From: Elusimicrobiota bacterium
GTDB lineage: Bacteria > Elusimicrobiota > Elusimicrobia > UBA1565 > UBA9628
Assembly (NCBI GenBank): GCA_016209035.1
Contig: JACQWX010000029.1
Location: forward strand, 1,676-65,675
DNA length: 64,000 bases
Direction of reading: 5' to 3'
The notes under the pieces are model-generated. The model had not been told where the DNA came from. It did no database searches and saw only the letters and a program-made list of their open reading frames with translations. The translations under genes and the position numbers were made by a program. The number at the start of each line of letters is the position of its first letter. The stretch's first letter is position 1. Shown here piece by piece: positions 1 to 9,384 of this stretch.

Positions 1-1683
1 CTCGCCGCCGTGGCCCTCGACGATCTGCCGGGAGATGGCCAGGCCGAGCCCGGTGCCGCGGCCCGGCTCCTTGGTCGTGAAGAAGGGCTCGAACAGGCGG
101 CCCCTGAGCTCCTCCGGGACGCCCGGGCCGTTGTCCTCCACCTCGATCGTGACCCGGCGCTCGTCCGCCCGCGTTCTGATCGTGAGCCGCCTGGGGTCCG
201 GGTAGCGCGAGACGGCCGCCATGGCGTCGCAGGCGTTGCCCACGAGGTTGACCAGCACCTGGACGATCTGCTGGAAATCTCCCGCCACGTCGGGCAGCTC
301 CGCCGCGAACTCCTCGACCACGACGACGTCCTCCGTCTTGACGAGCCGGTAGCGCAGCATGTCCAACGCCGACCGGGCCGCCTCGTGGACGCGGACCCTG
401 GCGTGCTCCTTGCGGCTGCGGCGAAGGAACATCAACAGGTTGTCCACGACCTTCCGGCATCTCTTGACGTTCCTGTTGAGGTTCTCAAGGTCTGCGCGCA
501 TGCGCTCCGGACAGCCGTCCAACAGGACCATCTGGGCGTAGCCCGAGACCGCGGCCAGGGGATTGTTGATCTCGTGGGCCACGGACGAGATGAGCTGCCC
601 GGCGGCGGAGAGTTTCTCGGCCTGGACGAGCTGGTCCCGCAGCCTGGCCTCGCTTTCGCCGTGTTCCTCGAGCTTGGCCGCCATGTCGTTGAACGCCGCC
701 GCAAGGATTCCCAGCTCGTCGGTCCTCTCCCGCCCGATGCGGTGGGAGAGGTTGCCGCTCCCGATCTCCCGCGCCGCCGCGACCAACGCCGCGACCGGCC
801 GCGTGACCGAGCCCACCAGGAACAGGATGACCCCGGTCAACAACGCCAGGCCGGCGAAGGAGGTCGCGATCGCGGCGTTGCGGACCTCCTTGAGCGGGCC
901 CAGGAAGTCCTCCATGGGCGACTCCAGCACGACGGCCCACGGCATGGATCCGAGCCTGCTCTCGGCCCTGAGGACCCGGCCCGCGTCCGGTCCCGCGGGG
1001 CTGCCCAGGCGGGCCCCGGTCTCCGTCAGCAGGAACGCCCGCCCCCCGCCGCCCAGGTCGATCTGGCCCAGCATGGAGAGCAGGTGGCTGAGGTCGTAGC
1101 AGAGGACGAAAGCGCCCTTGAACCGCCCCAGCTCGTCGTGGACCGGCCGGGCGTAGTAGAGGACCGGCCCGACGCCCTCAAGCTCCCGCAGGGGCGAGAC
1201 CCACCAGCGGCCGGGCGCCAGGCCCTTGACCCGGGCGAAGCAGTCCTCGCGTCCCGCCGAGGCTCCGGGCCTCGCCGCAAGGCCGCGCTCGATGCGGCAG
1301 ACCTCGCGGCCCCGGTCGTCCAGGTAGAGGATGAGGGAGTAGGCCCGGCTTCTCCAGTAGAACGCCAGGAGGTATTTCTCCAGCTCGTTACGGTAGGTCC
1401 GCGCCTCGTTGATGAGATCGAACTCCACGGTATGGTAGTAGTCCGCGATCAGGGGGGTCTCGGAAACCGTGAAGAGATCCTCGTAGCGGCGAGCCAGGAT
1501 GTCGTCGATGCCCCCGGCCGCGCGCCTGGCCAGGAGCGCGATCTCCCGGTCGATGGCCGCGAGGATCCTGTCCCGGGCCTGGTCGTACTGCAGCCACACC
1601 ATGGCGCCGACCGCCAGCACCACCACGGGCACGATCGCCAGCAGGAGCTTCCAGTAGATGCTTCTCGGCAATACGCTCCTCAT
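1..1683 (-). CDS. Sensor histidine kinase (TM1 - ~270-aa periplasmic sensor domain - TM2 - HAMP - HisKA - HATPase_c); C-terminus runs off window start
   Basis: The reverse-strand translation begins MRSVLPRSIYWKLLLAIVPVVV at 1683. It shows two hydrophobic segments, a HAMP-like region, the H-box SVAHEINNPLAAVSGY, and a G-box ending GRGTGLGLAISRQIVEGHGGE at the window edge. The listed + strand ORF 10..1806 is its antisense artefact. Confidence 0.85.
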   Translation of the reverse strand, partial: MRSVLPRSIYWKLLLAIVPVVVLAVGAMVWLQYDQARDRILAAIDREIALLARRAAGGIDDILARRYEDLFTVSETPLIADYYHTVEFDLINEARTYRNELEKYLLAFYWRSRAYSLILYLDDRGREVCRIERGLAARPGASAGREDCFARVKGLAPGRWWVSPLRELEGVGPVLYYARPVHDELGRFKGAFVLCYDLSHLLSMLGQIDLGGGGRAFLLTETGARLGSPAGPDAGRVLRAESRLGSMPWAVVLESPMEDFLGPLKEVRNAAIATSFAGLALLTGVILFLVGSVTRPVAALVAAAREIGSGNLSHRIGRERTDELGILAAAFNDMAAKLEEHGESEARLRDQLVQAEKLSAAGQLISSVAHEINNPLAAVSGYAQMVLLDGCPERMRADLENLNRNVKRCRKVVDNLLMFLRRSRKEHARVRVHEAARSALDMLRYRLVKTEDVVVVEEFAAELPDVAGDFQQIVQVLVNLVGNACDAMAAVSRYPDPRRLTIRTRADERRVTIEVEDNGPGVPEELRGRLFEPFFTTKEPGRGTGLGLAISRQIVEGHGGE

Positions 1684-2084
1684 GTCCTCCCCAGGCCCCT
1701 CCTGGATCGTCGGGCCGCGACCGGCGCGATGTCCGGATTATTCAAGTCGAGGGCGGGAACGAAGAGCGCCAAGACCTCGGTCCCCTTGCTTCCAGCATGG
1801 AACTGATGCGCGGCGCCCCGGGGCAGGAAGGCAAAACTGCCCCGCCGCAACCGGCATCTCTCGCCGTTGATCACCGCCCTCGCGCTTCCCCCGATGACGA
1901 AGAGAAATTCCTCGGTCTTTCGATGAAGCAACGCGGGGTGGGACGTGTTGGGCTGCATGGCCAGGTGCCAAAACGAGGCGGACATCCCGCCCATGCGCCG
2001 CACGAGGGTCCTGATTCGCAGCGGGCCGATCTCCCTGGCCCGGAGGCGGCCGACATGGCCGATCTCGGCGCGGATCCGCTTCAT
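1680..2084 (-). CDS. Cupin-domain protein
   Basis: The 134-aa ORF has a cupin-2-like core (FLFVIGGSARAVINGERCRLRRGSFAFLPRGAAHQF). Its ATG overlaps the kinase start by 4 nt and its stop overlaps the SBP gene. Confidence 0.6.
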   Translation of the reverse strand: MKRIRAEIGHVGRLRAREIGPLRIRTLVRRMGGMSASFWHLAMQPNTSHPALLHRKTEEFLFVIGGSARAVINGERCRLRRGSFAFLPRGAAHQFHAGSKGTEVLALFVPALDLNNPDIAPVAARRSRRGLGRT

Positions 2085-3595
2085 GGCGCGCGGGGAGCCG
2101 AGAGATGGAAATAAGGCATGCCGGTGACGGAAGGCACGAAATGCACGGTGCGTCCCACCCCGTAGGTCTTGATCCTTTGGAACGTGAACAGGCTCAACGC
2201 CTCCTCGTGGACGTAGCGATCAAGCTCGGCGCCGAGCCGCTGCTGCTCCCCGGGGTCCAGGGTGCCGGCCATCCTCTGGAGCCGCTCGTCGAAGGCCCTG
2301 TCGCCGAGAATGCTGTACGGCGACATCGAAGACAGGAAAATGAACTGGATGAAGAAAGAATGCGCCATGGGGTCGGGGCACCCTCCGAAGGTGAAGTCCC
2401 ACCCGCCCGCCTGGATGTCGCGGATCACGTTCGCGTCGTTGGTCTCATGGATGTCGATCAGGATGCCCGCCTTCTCCAGCTGCTTGGCGATGATTTTCAT
2501 CGTCCTCATGCCTTGGGCCTTCACGACCGCCTTCAACCGGAGCCCGCCGCCGTAGCCCGCCTCGCGCAGGAGCCTGCTCGCTTTCCCGAGATCGTATGGA
2601 TACGGCCTCAGTTCTCCGTTGTGGCCGATTTCCCCCTCCATGGTCAGGCTCGCCATGGGCCTGCCGTTTCCCAGGACATCATAACGTATCAACTGGTCCT
2701 TGTCGATTGCGTAGTTGACGGCCCGCCGCACGCGCCTGTCAGCCATGGGCCCGGCCTGGCCGTTGACGCTGGAGGCCACGGTGTAGAAACTTTCCTTCTT
2801 GACGATCCCGGCGGTTCCGCTCTTCATCACCTTCAGGGTTTCCGTGCCGGGCAGTTCGGTCACGATGTCGACCTCTCCTTTGAGAAGCGCCTCGACCTGC
2901 TCCTCGACGGAAAGGAATCTGAAGACCAGCCCTTGAAATTTGGGGTTGCCCTTGAGCCAGTAGTCTTCATTGGCCTCAAGCACGATCTCCCGGCTCTCCT
3001 TGTCCCATCGCACGAACTTGAAGGCTCCGGTGCCCACCGGGTGCTCGCCGAAATACGCCTCCCCGTGCTGCGCCACGAATCCGGCCGGCATCATGGACAC
3101 GAGACCGGCCAGGCGGTGCAGGAGGACCCCATCCGGATACTTCGTCTTGATACGCAGAACATGGGTGTCAGCCGCCTCGACTTCGTCGATCGAGTCCAGG
3201 AACCCGGCGCCGGGAAATCCGCCCCGGGGATCGACGAATCGGCCGATGCTGAAGGCGGCCGCTCGGGCGTCGAAGGGCTCCCCGTTGTGAAAACGCACGC
3301 CCTTGCGGAGCTTGAACTCGAGCCTCAGCGGTTCGATCCATCTCCAGCTTTCCGCCAGGGCGGGCTCGATATCGCCTTCCGGGTCGAACCTCACCAGCCC
3401 GTCGAATATCTGCTGGATGATGGTGTGGTTTTTCTCCGAGAACTCCTTCTGCGGGTCCAGGCTGGCGGGCGGGACGACGTCGTCGCATACCCTGAGGACG
3501 GCGGATCCCGGCGACGCCGCGAAGGAAGCAAGCGCGCAAACGAGAACCAGGGGCGGGCCCGCGCGCCACGCGTCCCGGATCTTCAACAGGCGCAT
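2081..3595 (-). CDS. ABC transporter substrate-binding protein, family 5 (oligopeptide/dipeptide/nickel type)
   Basis: The 504-aa protein has a signal-peptide-like N-terminus and family-5 SBP hallmarks (NHTIIQQIFDGLVRFDPEGDIEPALAESW, RFHNGEPFDA, VRWDKESREIVLEANEDYW). Confidence 0.8.
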   Translation of the reverse strand: MRLLKIRDAWRAGPPLVLVCALASFAASPGSAVLRVCDDVVPPASLDPQKEFSEKNHTIIQQIFDGLVRFDPEGDIEPALAESWRWIEPLRLEFKLRKGVRFHNGEPFDARAAAFSIGRFVDPRGGFPGAGFLDSIDEVEAADTHVLRIKTKYPDGVLLHRLAGLVSMMPAGFVAQHGEAYFGEHPVGTGAFKFVRWDKESREIVLEANEDYWLKGNPKFQGLVFRFLSVEEQVEALLKGEVDIVTELPGTETLKVMKSGTAGIVKKESFYTVASSVNGQAGPMADRRVRRAVNYAIDKDQLIRYDVLGNGRPMASLTMEGEIGHNGELRPYPYDLGKASRLLREAGYGGGLRLKAVVKAQGMRTMKIIAKQLEKAGILIDIHETNDANVIRDIQAGGWDFTFGGCPDPMAHSFFIQFIFLSSMSPYSILGDRAFDERLQRMAGTLDPGEQQRLGAELDRYVHEEALSLFTFQRIKTYGVGRTVHFVPSVTGMPYFHLSAPRAP

Positions 3596-3599
3596 GGCT

Positions 3600-4610
3600 C
3601 TATTTCCGTCCGATCACGGCCACCGAAGGATGCAGGCTCTCTTGGGCGATCGGCATGTGGGAAACCGGCCGGAACCCGGCCTGCCGCATCCAATCCGAGT
3701 ATTCCTTCGTCGTGTAGACCGCGCCCTTGCCGGTGAACAGCAGGAGGTGCAGGCCAAGCAGGCTGGCGAACCTGGGACCGGTCCGGTCGGGCCTGACCAC
3801 GAAGTCGTGGATCACGAGCCTGCCCCCCGGCCTCAAGGCCCGGAAGGCCTTGGCAACCAGCCCGCGGTTGGACTTCTCGTCCTCCACATGGGTCACGTTC
3901 GAGATGAGCGCGAGGTCGTATTCGCCCTCCCCGAGGTCGTCCGCAAGGTAGTTCGCGGCCTTGAAGGTCATGCGCCGCAGGTCCGGATGCCCGCGGAGCA
4001 GGCTCTTGGTCACGGTCAGGGTCCTGGGAAGGTCGAGGAGCACGGCCTCGAGCCTCGGGGCGCGCTCCACGAAAGCCCGCGAATAGGCGCCGGAGCCGCA
4101 GCCTACGTCAAGGCTGCGTCCGACCCCGGTCCAGTCGAGCCCGCGGGCCAGCTCCCGCGCGGGCGTCTTGGCCACGTCGCCCATGGCCTTGACGTAGTCC
4201 CGGGTGAAGAACCCCTTGTGGATCCAGTCGAGCAAGTCCATCCGCGGCCGGCCCGTCTTGAGCACTCTCCTCAGGTCCGACCATGCGTCCCAGGTCGACT
4301 CCTGGTACTTCAGGCTGTCGCCCACGTAATCGGGGCTCGCGGACGTCAACAGTCTCCTGGAAAGCCGCGTGTTCCGGTAGCCGCCGTCACGCTTGGCCAG
4401 GAAGCCCAGGCTCGCCACCGCGTCCAAGAGCACGGCCAGGGCCCTGCGGTCGAGCTTGAGCCTGCGGCCGAGCTTCTCCGGCGAGCCGCAGCCGGCCTCG
4501 ATCCAGGAGAACAGGTCGTAGTGGAGCGCCACGAGGAGGGGCTTGGAGCTCCTATAGGCCAGCGCTACCTCGGCCAGCTTGTTGAAATCCGACTGGAACG
4601 ACGCAGGCAT
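3600..4610 (-). CDS. Class I SAM-dependent O-methyltransferase (dimerisation + Methyltransf_2 type)
   Basis: The 336-aa protein has SAM-binding motif I (LDVGCGSGAYS) and an acidic post-I loop (LLDLP); its overall layout matches plant/bacterial O-MTs. Confidence 0.75.
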   Translation of the reverse strand: MPASFQSDFNKLAEVALAYRSSKPLLVALHYDLFSWIEAGCGSPEKLGRRLKLDRRALAVLLDAVASLGFLAKRDGGYRNTRLSRRLLTSASPDYVGDSLKYQESTWDAWSDLRRVLKTGRPRMDLLDWIHKGFFTRDYVKAMGDVAKTPARELARGLDWTGVGRSLDVGCGSGAYSRAFVERAPRLEAVLLDLPRTLTVTKSLLRGHPDLRRMTFKAANYLADDLGEGEYDLALISNVTHVEDEKSNRGLVAKAFRALRPGGRLVIHDFVVRPDRTGPRFASLLGLHLLLFTGKGAVYTTKEYSDWMRQAGFRPVSHMPIAQESLHPSVAVIGRK

Positions 4611-4627
4611 GGCGGACCTCCTCTATA

Positions 4628-6358
4628 TCAGCGCGCCGCGACAGGCTCGGCCGTGAGCTCCTTTTGCAGCGATGCGACCCGCTGGCCCATGGGCGGCACG
4701 GCCTCCAGGTCCACGGCAACGTCGATGACGGCGGGCCTGGCCAGGCTCAAAGCGTCGGCCACGGCCACGCGCAGGTCTCCCGGCCTCTCGACCCGGAAGG
4801 CGGCGGCCCCCAAGGCCCGGCCCAAGTCAGCGGCCTTGAGCGGCTCGCGGTAGAGCGGGCTGGGGACCAACCCCCCGAACTGCATCCTCGCCCCGTGGTG
4901 GATCATGCCCAAGCCCCCGTTGTTGACCACGACCCACACGACCGGCGCGCCGCATTCGACGGCCGTGTGCACCTCCATGCCGTTCATGGCGAAGGCGCCG
5001 TCGCCCACCAGGGCCGCCACGGCCCTGCCGGGCCTGGCCAGGCAGCCCCCGATGCTGGCGGCCACGGCATAGCCCATGGAGGCCAGTCCCATGTTGACGA
5101 AGAAGGTCCCTTCCCGGCACACCGGGAAATGGCGGCCGGTCCAGGTCCTGATGGTGCCGTTGTCCACGAACACCAGGGCGTCGGCGGGAAGCGCCTCCCT
5201 GAGCTCGGCCAGCAGGGTCCTGGGGTGCAGGCAGCCGGCCTTGCGGTCCGGTTCCGGCCCAGGGCAGGATGCGGCGGGCAAGGCCCCTCTCCCCGCCGTC
5301 CCGGCGGCGAGGCCGGGCTCCGCGACGTCCCGGGACTTGAGGTCCCTTTCGACCTGATAGAGAAGCTCGGTCAGCACGGCCCCGGCGTCGCCGATCAGGG
5401 CCGTGGTCACGGGGTAGTTCCTGGCCACGGCCTCGGGCTCGACGTCGAGCTGGATGAGCGCCTCCTTGCGGCCCAGACGGCGGTCCCACCCGCAGGTCGA
5501 GACCTCGCCGAGCGAGCTTCCGGCCACGAACAAAAGGTCCGTCTCCGGGCCTAGGACGAACTCCCGGACCTCCGGAGCGCCGGAATAGCCGAACACGCCC
5601 AGGGAAAGCTGGTGGTCCTCCGGGAAGACGCCCTTGGCCCTGAAGGTCGTGGCCACCGGGATGGAGAGCCTCTCCGCCAGGCGCCTCAACGCGGCCCAGG
5701 CGCCCGAGAGGTGAACCCCATAGCCGGCCAGGATGACCGGCCGCTTGGCCGAAACCAGCCGTCCGGCCGCCTCCCGGACCGAGTCCCGGTCGAAGGTCCT
5801 GGCCTGGAACCTGTAGCGGCCGGCCGGGACGATGTCCTCGGCCGAAGGCGCGCCGAGGAAGTCCATGGGCAGGTTCACGTGCACCGGGCCGGGCCTGCCG
5901 CTCGTCATGACGCGCAGCGCGGTCCTGATGACGGCGGCCGCGCGCTCGGGGTGCTGGACCATGACGCTCCACTTTGTCACGGGCCGGTAGATGGAGACCA
6001 CGTCCACGGCCTCCTGGCTGCTCTCCTGGAACGCCCCCCTGCCGAACTGTCGCGTGGGCACCTGCGCGGTGAGCAGGAGCAGCGGGATGTGGTCCGCGTA
6101 CGCCACCGCCACGCCGGTCAGGGCGTTGGTCGCGCCGGGACCGGTCGTGGTGCAGCAGACCCCGAAGCTCCCCGACGCCCGGGCATAGCCGTCCGCCATG
6201 AAGGCGGCTCCTTCCTCGTGCTTGGCCAGGACGGGCCGGATGCTCCTCGACCCGGCGAGCGCGGCGTAGAGCGGCATGATGGGTCCGCCCGGGATGCCGA
6301 AGATGAACCGCACTCCTTCCTGCTCAAGATGCTTGATGAGCAGGTCGGCCGCGGTCAT
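4628..6358 (-). CDS. Thiamine-pyrophosphate enzyme, acetolactate-synthase large-subunit family
   Basis: The N-terminus MTAADLLIKHLEQEGVRFIFGIPGGPIMPLYAAL matches the TPP_enzyme_N domain. The TPP-binding motif GDGAFAMNGMEVHTAVECGAPVVWVVVNNGGLGM is present. Start was placed at the internal Met (6358), because the ORF's upstream extension overlaps the next gene. Confidence 0.8.
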   Translation of the reverse strand: MTAADLLIKHLEQEGVRFIFGIPGGPIMPLYAALAGSRSIRPVLAKHEEGAAFMADGYARASGSFGVCCTTTGPGATNALTGVAVAYADHIPLLLLTAQVPTRQFGRGAFQESSQEAVDVVSIYRPVTKWSVMVQHPERAAAVIRTALRVMTSGRPGPVHVNLPMDFLGAPSAEDIVPAGRYRFQARTFDRDSVREAAGRLVSAKRPVILAGYGVHLSGAWAALRRLAERLSIPVATTFRAKGVFPEDHQLSLGVFGYSGAPEVREFVLGPETDLLFVAGSSLGEVSTCGWDRRLGRKEALIQLDVEPEAVARNYPVTTALIGDAGAVLTELLYQVERDLKSRDVAEPGLAAGTAGRGALPAASCPGPEPDRKAGCLHPRTLLAELREALPADALVFVDNGTIRTWTGRHFPVCREGTFFVNMGLASMGYAVAASIGGCLARPGRAVAALVGDGAFAMNGMEVHTAVECGAPVVWVVVNNGGLGMIHHGARMQFGGLVPSPLYREPLKAADLGRALGAAAFRVERPGDLRVAVADALSLARPAVIDVAVDLEAVPPMGQRVASLQKELTAEPVAAR

Positions 6359-6365
6359 GAGTCCC

Positions 6366-6959
6366 TCAATCCTTTCCCTTGACCGCCGACTCCACCCCGA
6401 GCAGCTCCGCCGCCTTGGCCACGAGCCGAGCGAGGTCAAGGGGCTTCCTGATGAACGCGTCGATCCCGTGAGACTCGAGCTTCTTCTCGGTCACGGAGAG
6501 CCTCTTGCCCGTGATCGCGACGATCTTCACCCCGCGGGTCTCGGGCTTGGACTTGAGGATGCGGCAGACCTCGAACCCGTCCATCCCGGGAAGCACGATG
6601 TCGAGGATCACGAGGTCCGGAGGGGCTTGGCCGATGCGGATCAAGGCCTCGACGCCGTTGCCGCAGGATTCGGCGCGGAATCGGCCGGCGTGGCGGGCGA
6701 AGGCCCTCTCGATGAGGCGGGCCACCTCCTCCTCGTCGTCCACGATCAGGACCCGCTTGGGCCCGGCCCGAAGCTCCGGCGGCAAGGGGATGCGGAACTG
6801 CTTCAGGAAAGACAACAGGTCCTCCCGGGTGACCCTGTGATGGCCCCCGGGAGTGGCGTAGGCCCTGAGCTTGCCGGCCCGGATCCAGTCGATGACGCTG
6901 GAGGGATAGACGTCGCAGAATCTCGCGATCTCGTAGGTGGTGAAGGTCTTGTCGTTCAT
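6366..6959 (-). CDS. Response regulator with N-terminal MerR/excisionase-type HTH and C-terminal receiver (REC) domain
   Basis: The N-terminal HTH_17-like segment is TTYEIARFCDVYPSSVIDWIRAGKLRAYATPGGHHRV. The receiver domain has the acidic pocket LIVDDEEEV, the phospho-acceptor region LVILDIVLPGMDG, and KIVAITGK. Start chosen at MNDKTF (6959). Confidence 0.7.
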   Translation of the reverse strand: MNDKTFTTYEIARFCDVYPSSVIDWIRAGKLRAYATPGGHHRVTREDLLSFLKQFRIPLPPELRAGPKRVLIVDDEEEVARLIERAFARHAGRFRAESCGNGVEALIRIGQAPPDLVILDIVLPGMDGFEVCRILKSKPETRGVKIVAITGKRLSVTEKKLESHGIDAFIRKPLDLARLVAKAAELLGVESAVKGKD

Positions 6960-7045
6960 TGGATGAATCCTATGATTACTATGATTGCTGATTATACTAT
7001 TAATACTCCGTCCAGTCAACCAATATGCTAGGATGTCCCCGCCTT
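6960..7045. promoter_or_regulatory. AT-rich divergent intergenic region with short direct repeats (probable divergent promoters/operator)
   Basis: The only AT-rich stretch in the neighbourhood (tatgattactatgattgctgattatactattaatact) lies between divergently oriented regulator genes. Confidence 0.35.
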
Positions 7046-7741
7046 ATGGTCCGCCAGCGGGTTCTCGCGGTCGATGACGACGAGGAGATGCTGCGGTTCT
7101 ACCGCTGCTTCTTCGGCAAGCTCCATCCGGAGGAATTCTCGGGCGCCGTCGCGGCCGACGGGCGCGAGGCCCTGGGGCTGCTCTCCCGCGAGCGCCTGGA
7201 CCTCGCGGTCCTCGATTGGATGCTGCCCGACATCTCGGGCCTCAACCTCCTCAAGGCCATCCGCTCCCATCCGAGGACCCGGTCGGTCGGGGTCATCATG
7301 GTCACGGCCCTCGCCTCGCCGAACGACGTGGTGACGGCCCTCGAGACCGGGGCCGACGACCACCTGGCCAAGCCGTTCGACGAGGCCGTGTTGTTGGCGC
7401 GGCTGCGCAGCCTGGGCCGCAGGCAGAGTCCCGACTCCGGGCGGCGCAGGTTCCTCGTGTTCGGGGACCTGCGGCTGGACCTCGAGGCCGAGCGCCTCAC
7501 CGTAGAGGGCGTCGCCGTCCACCTCACGCCCAAGGAGGTCGACCTGCTCGGCATCTTCATGGCGCGGCCCAACATCCTGCACACGCTCTCGGCCATTTGG
7601 GACGCGGTCTGGAACCATGAATCCGAGCATTGGCAGCACATCCTGGCCGCGACCATCTCTTCCTTGCGGCGCAAGCTCGGGCCCAGCTGGGGGCCGCGCC
7701 TGAAGTCCCGCAAGGGCAGGGGCTATCTCTTCGGCGACTGA
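7046..7741 (+). CDS. OmpR-family response regulator (REC + winged-helix Trans_reg_C)
   Basis: The receiver has VLAVDDDEEM and the phospho-acceptor region LAVLDWMLPDISG. The winged helix has LTPKEVDLLGIFMARPNILHT. An alternative start at 7025 is possible. Confidence 0.8.
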   Translation: MVRQRVLAVDDDEEMLRFYRCFFGKLHPEEFSGAVAADGREALGLLSRERLDLAVLDWMLPDISGLNLLKAIRSHPRTRSVGVIMVTALASPNDVVTALETGADDHLAKPFDEAVLLARLRSLGRRQSPDSGRRRFLVFGDLRLDLEAERLTVEGVAVHLTPKEVDLLGIFMARPNILHTLSAIWDAVWNHESEHWQHILAATISSLRRKLGPSWGPRLKSRKGRGYLFGD

Positions 7742-7779
7742 CGATTCTTTGACCTTCCGAGGCTATACTATCCGGGAGC

Positions 7780-9384
7780 ATGAATCCAGACGCCCCGGAC
7801 CTCGTCCGTCCCCTCAGGACCGCCTCCGGCGCCATGGCCCGGCTGGTCATCCTGTGCGGAGCCCTGGCGCTGGCCGGGTGGCTGTTCGACGCCGAGTCCC
7901 TCAAGCGGGTCCTCCCGGGGCTGACCGCCATGAACCCGCTGACCGCGACGGTCTTCATCGTCTCCGGCGCCGCCCTCCGGCTCCTCCGGGAAGACCCCGC
8001 GCCTCCCTGGAAACGCGGCTGCGCCGGCGCCTTGGCCTCCTTCGTGATCCTCATCGGGATCCTGCGCCTGGCGGGCTGCGTCCTGGGCTGGGACTGCGGC
8101 CTGGACCAGCTCATGTTCGCGGACAAGCTCGCCGCGGGCCCGGGCCTGCCCAACCGGATGGCGCCCAACACCGCGGCGTGCTTCATTCTCTCCGGCGCGG
8201 CCCTGGCGCTGCTCTCATCCGACGGACCCGGCCGTCTCGCGTGGTCTCAGGCGCTCGCGCTGCCCGCCGCCGTCATCTCCCTGACGGCCCTGGTGGGATA
8301 CGCTTACGGCGCAAAACGCCTGTATGCCGTCGGGTCCTTCATCCCCATGGCCGCGAACACGGCGGCGGCGTTCTTCCTCCTGTCCTTGGGGACGCTCCTC
8401 TCGCGGCCCGGGCAAGGGGTCGCCCGGCCATGCGTGAGCGCCGGCCCCGGCGGCGTGCTCCTGCGCCTTCTGGCGCCTTCCACGCTGGTCATCATGGTCG
8501 CGCTCGGCTGGTTGCGGCTGCTGGGAGAGCGCGCGGGCCTCTACGGCGCGGAATTCGGGACCGCCCTGCACGTCATCCTGTGCTGGCTTGTCATCGCCTG
8601 GCTGCTGTGGCGGGTCGCCTCGGCGCTCGACCAGACGGCCGAAGTCCGCGTCCGGGCCGAGGAGCGCGTCCGGTCCTACGCGGCGCGGCTCGAGGCCGCC
8701 AACAAGGAACTCGAGTCCTTCTCCTATTCCGTGTCCCACGACCTGCGCGCGCCGCTCAGAGCCGTCGACGGGTTCAGCCAGATCCTCGCCGAGGACTGCG
8801 GCGACAAGCTCGATGACCGGGGCAGGGACCATTTGAGGCGCGTGCGGGAGGGGTGCCGGCGCATGGCGGAGCTCATCGACGGCCTCCTGGAGCTTTCCCG
8901 CGTGACCCGGCGGGAGATGCGGCGCGAACCCGTGGACCTCGCGGCCTTGGGCCGCGCCGTGGCGCGCCAGCTTTCCGGGTCCGCGCCGGAGCGCAACGTG
9001 GAGTTCATCATGCCGGACAAGCTGCCCGTCCGGGGCGACCCGACGCTGTTGCGGGCCGTTCTCGACAACCTCATCGCAAACGCCTGGAAATTCACGGGGA
9101 ACCGGCAAGGCGCCCGCATCGAGCTGGGAGTCTGCGCGAAGAACGGCGTCGAGGCATGCTTCGTACGGGACAACGGGGCGGGCTTCGACATGGCCTACGC
9201 GGACAAGCTCTTCGGCGCCTTCCAGCGGCTCCACTCCACGAGCGAGTTCCCGGGCTGGGGCGTCGGGCTTGCGACCGTTTGGCGCATCGTCGGCCGCCAC
9301 GGCGGGCGCGTCTGGGCCGAGGGCTCGGTGGGCCAAGGCGCGACATTCTACTTCACTCTGGGAGGCGGGCATGAAACCGAATGA
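7780..9384 (+). CDS. Membrane sensor histidine kinase (multi-TM N-terminus, HisKA, HATPase_c)
   Basis: About 6 hydrophobic helices are followed by the H-box FSYSVSHDLRAPLRAV, the N-box LDNLIANAWKF, and the G-boxes DNGAGF and GWGVGLATV. Confidence 0.8.
   Translation: MNPDAPDLVRPLRTASGAMARLVILCGALALAGWLFDAESLKRVLPGLTAMNPLTATVFIVSGAALRLLREDPAPPWKRGCAGALASFVILIGILRLAGCVLGWDCGLDQLMFADKLAAGPGLPNRMAPNTAACFILSGAALALLSSDGPGRLAWSQALALPAAVISLTALVGYAYGAKRLYAVGSFIPMAANTAAAFFLLSLGTLLSRPGQGVARPCVSAGPGGVLLRLLAPSTLVIMVALGWLRLLGERAGLYGAEFGTALHVILCWLVIAWLLWRVASALDQTAEVRVRAEERVRSYAARLEAANKELESFSYSVSHDLRAPLRAVDGFSQILAEDCGDKLDDRGRDHLRRVREGCRRMAELIDGLLELSRVTRREMRREPVDLAALGRAVARQLSGSAPERNVEFIMPDKLPVRGDPTLLRAVLDNLIANAWKFTGNRQGARIELGVCAKNGVEACFVRDNGAGFDMAYADKLFGAFQRLHSTSEFPGWGVGLATVWRIVGRHGGRVWAEGSVGQGATFYFTLGGGHETE

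Noticed and set aside
10-1806. 598-aa plus-strand ORF
   Set aside because: It is the antisense of the well-supported histidine kinase on the minus strand. The translation is Arg/Gly/Asp-rich with no domain signatures, which is the typical spurious long ORF in a high-GC genome.
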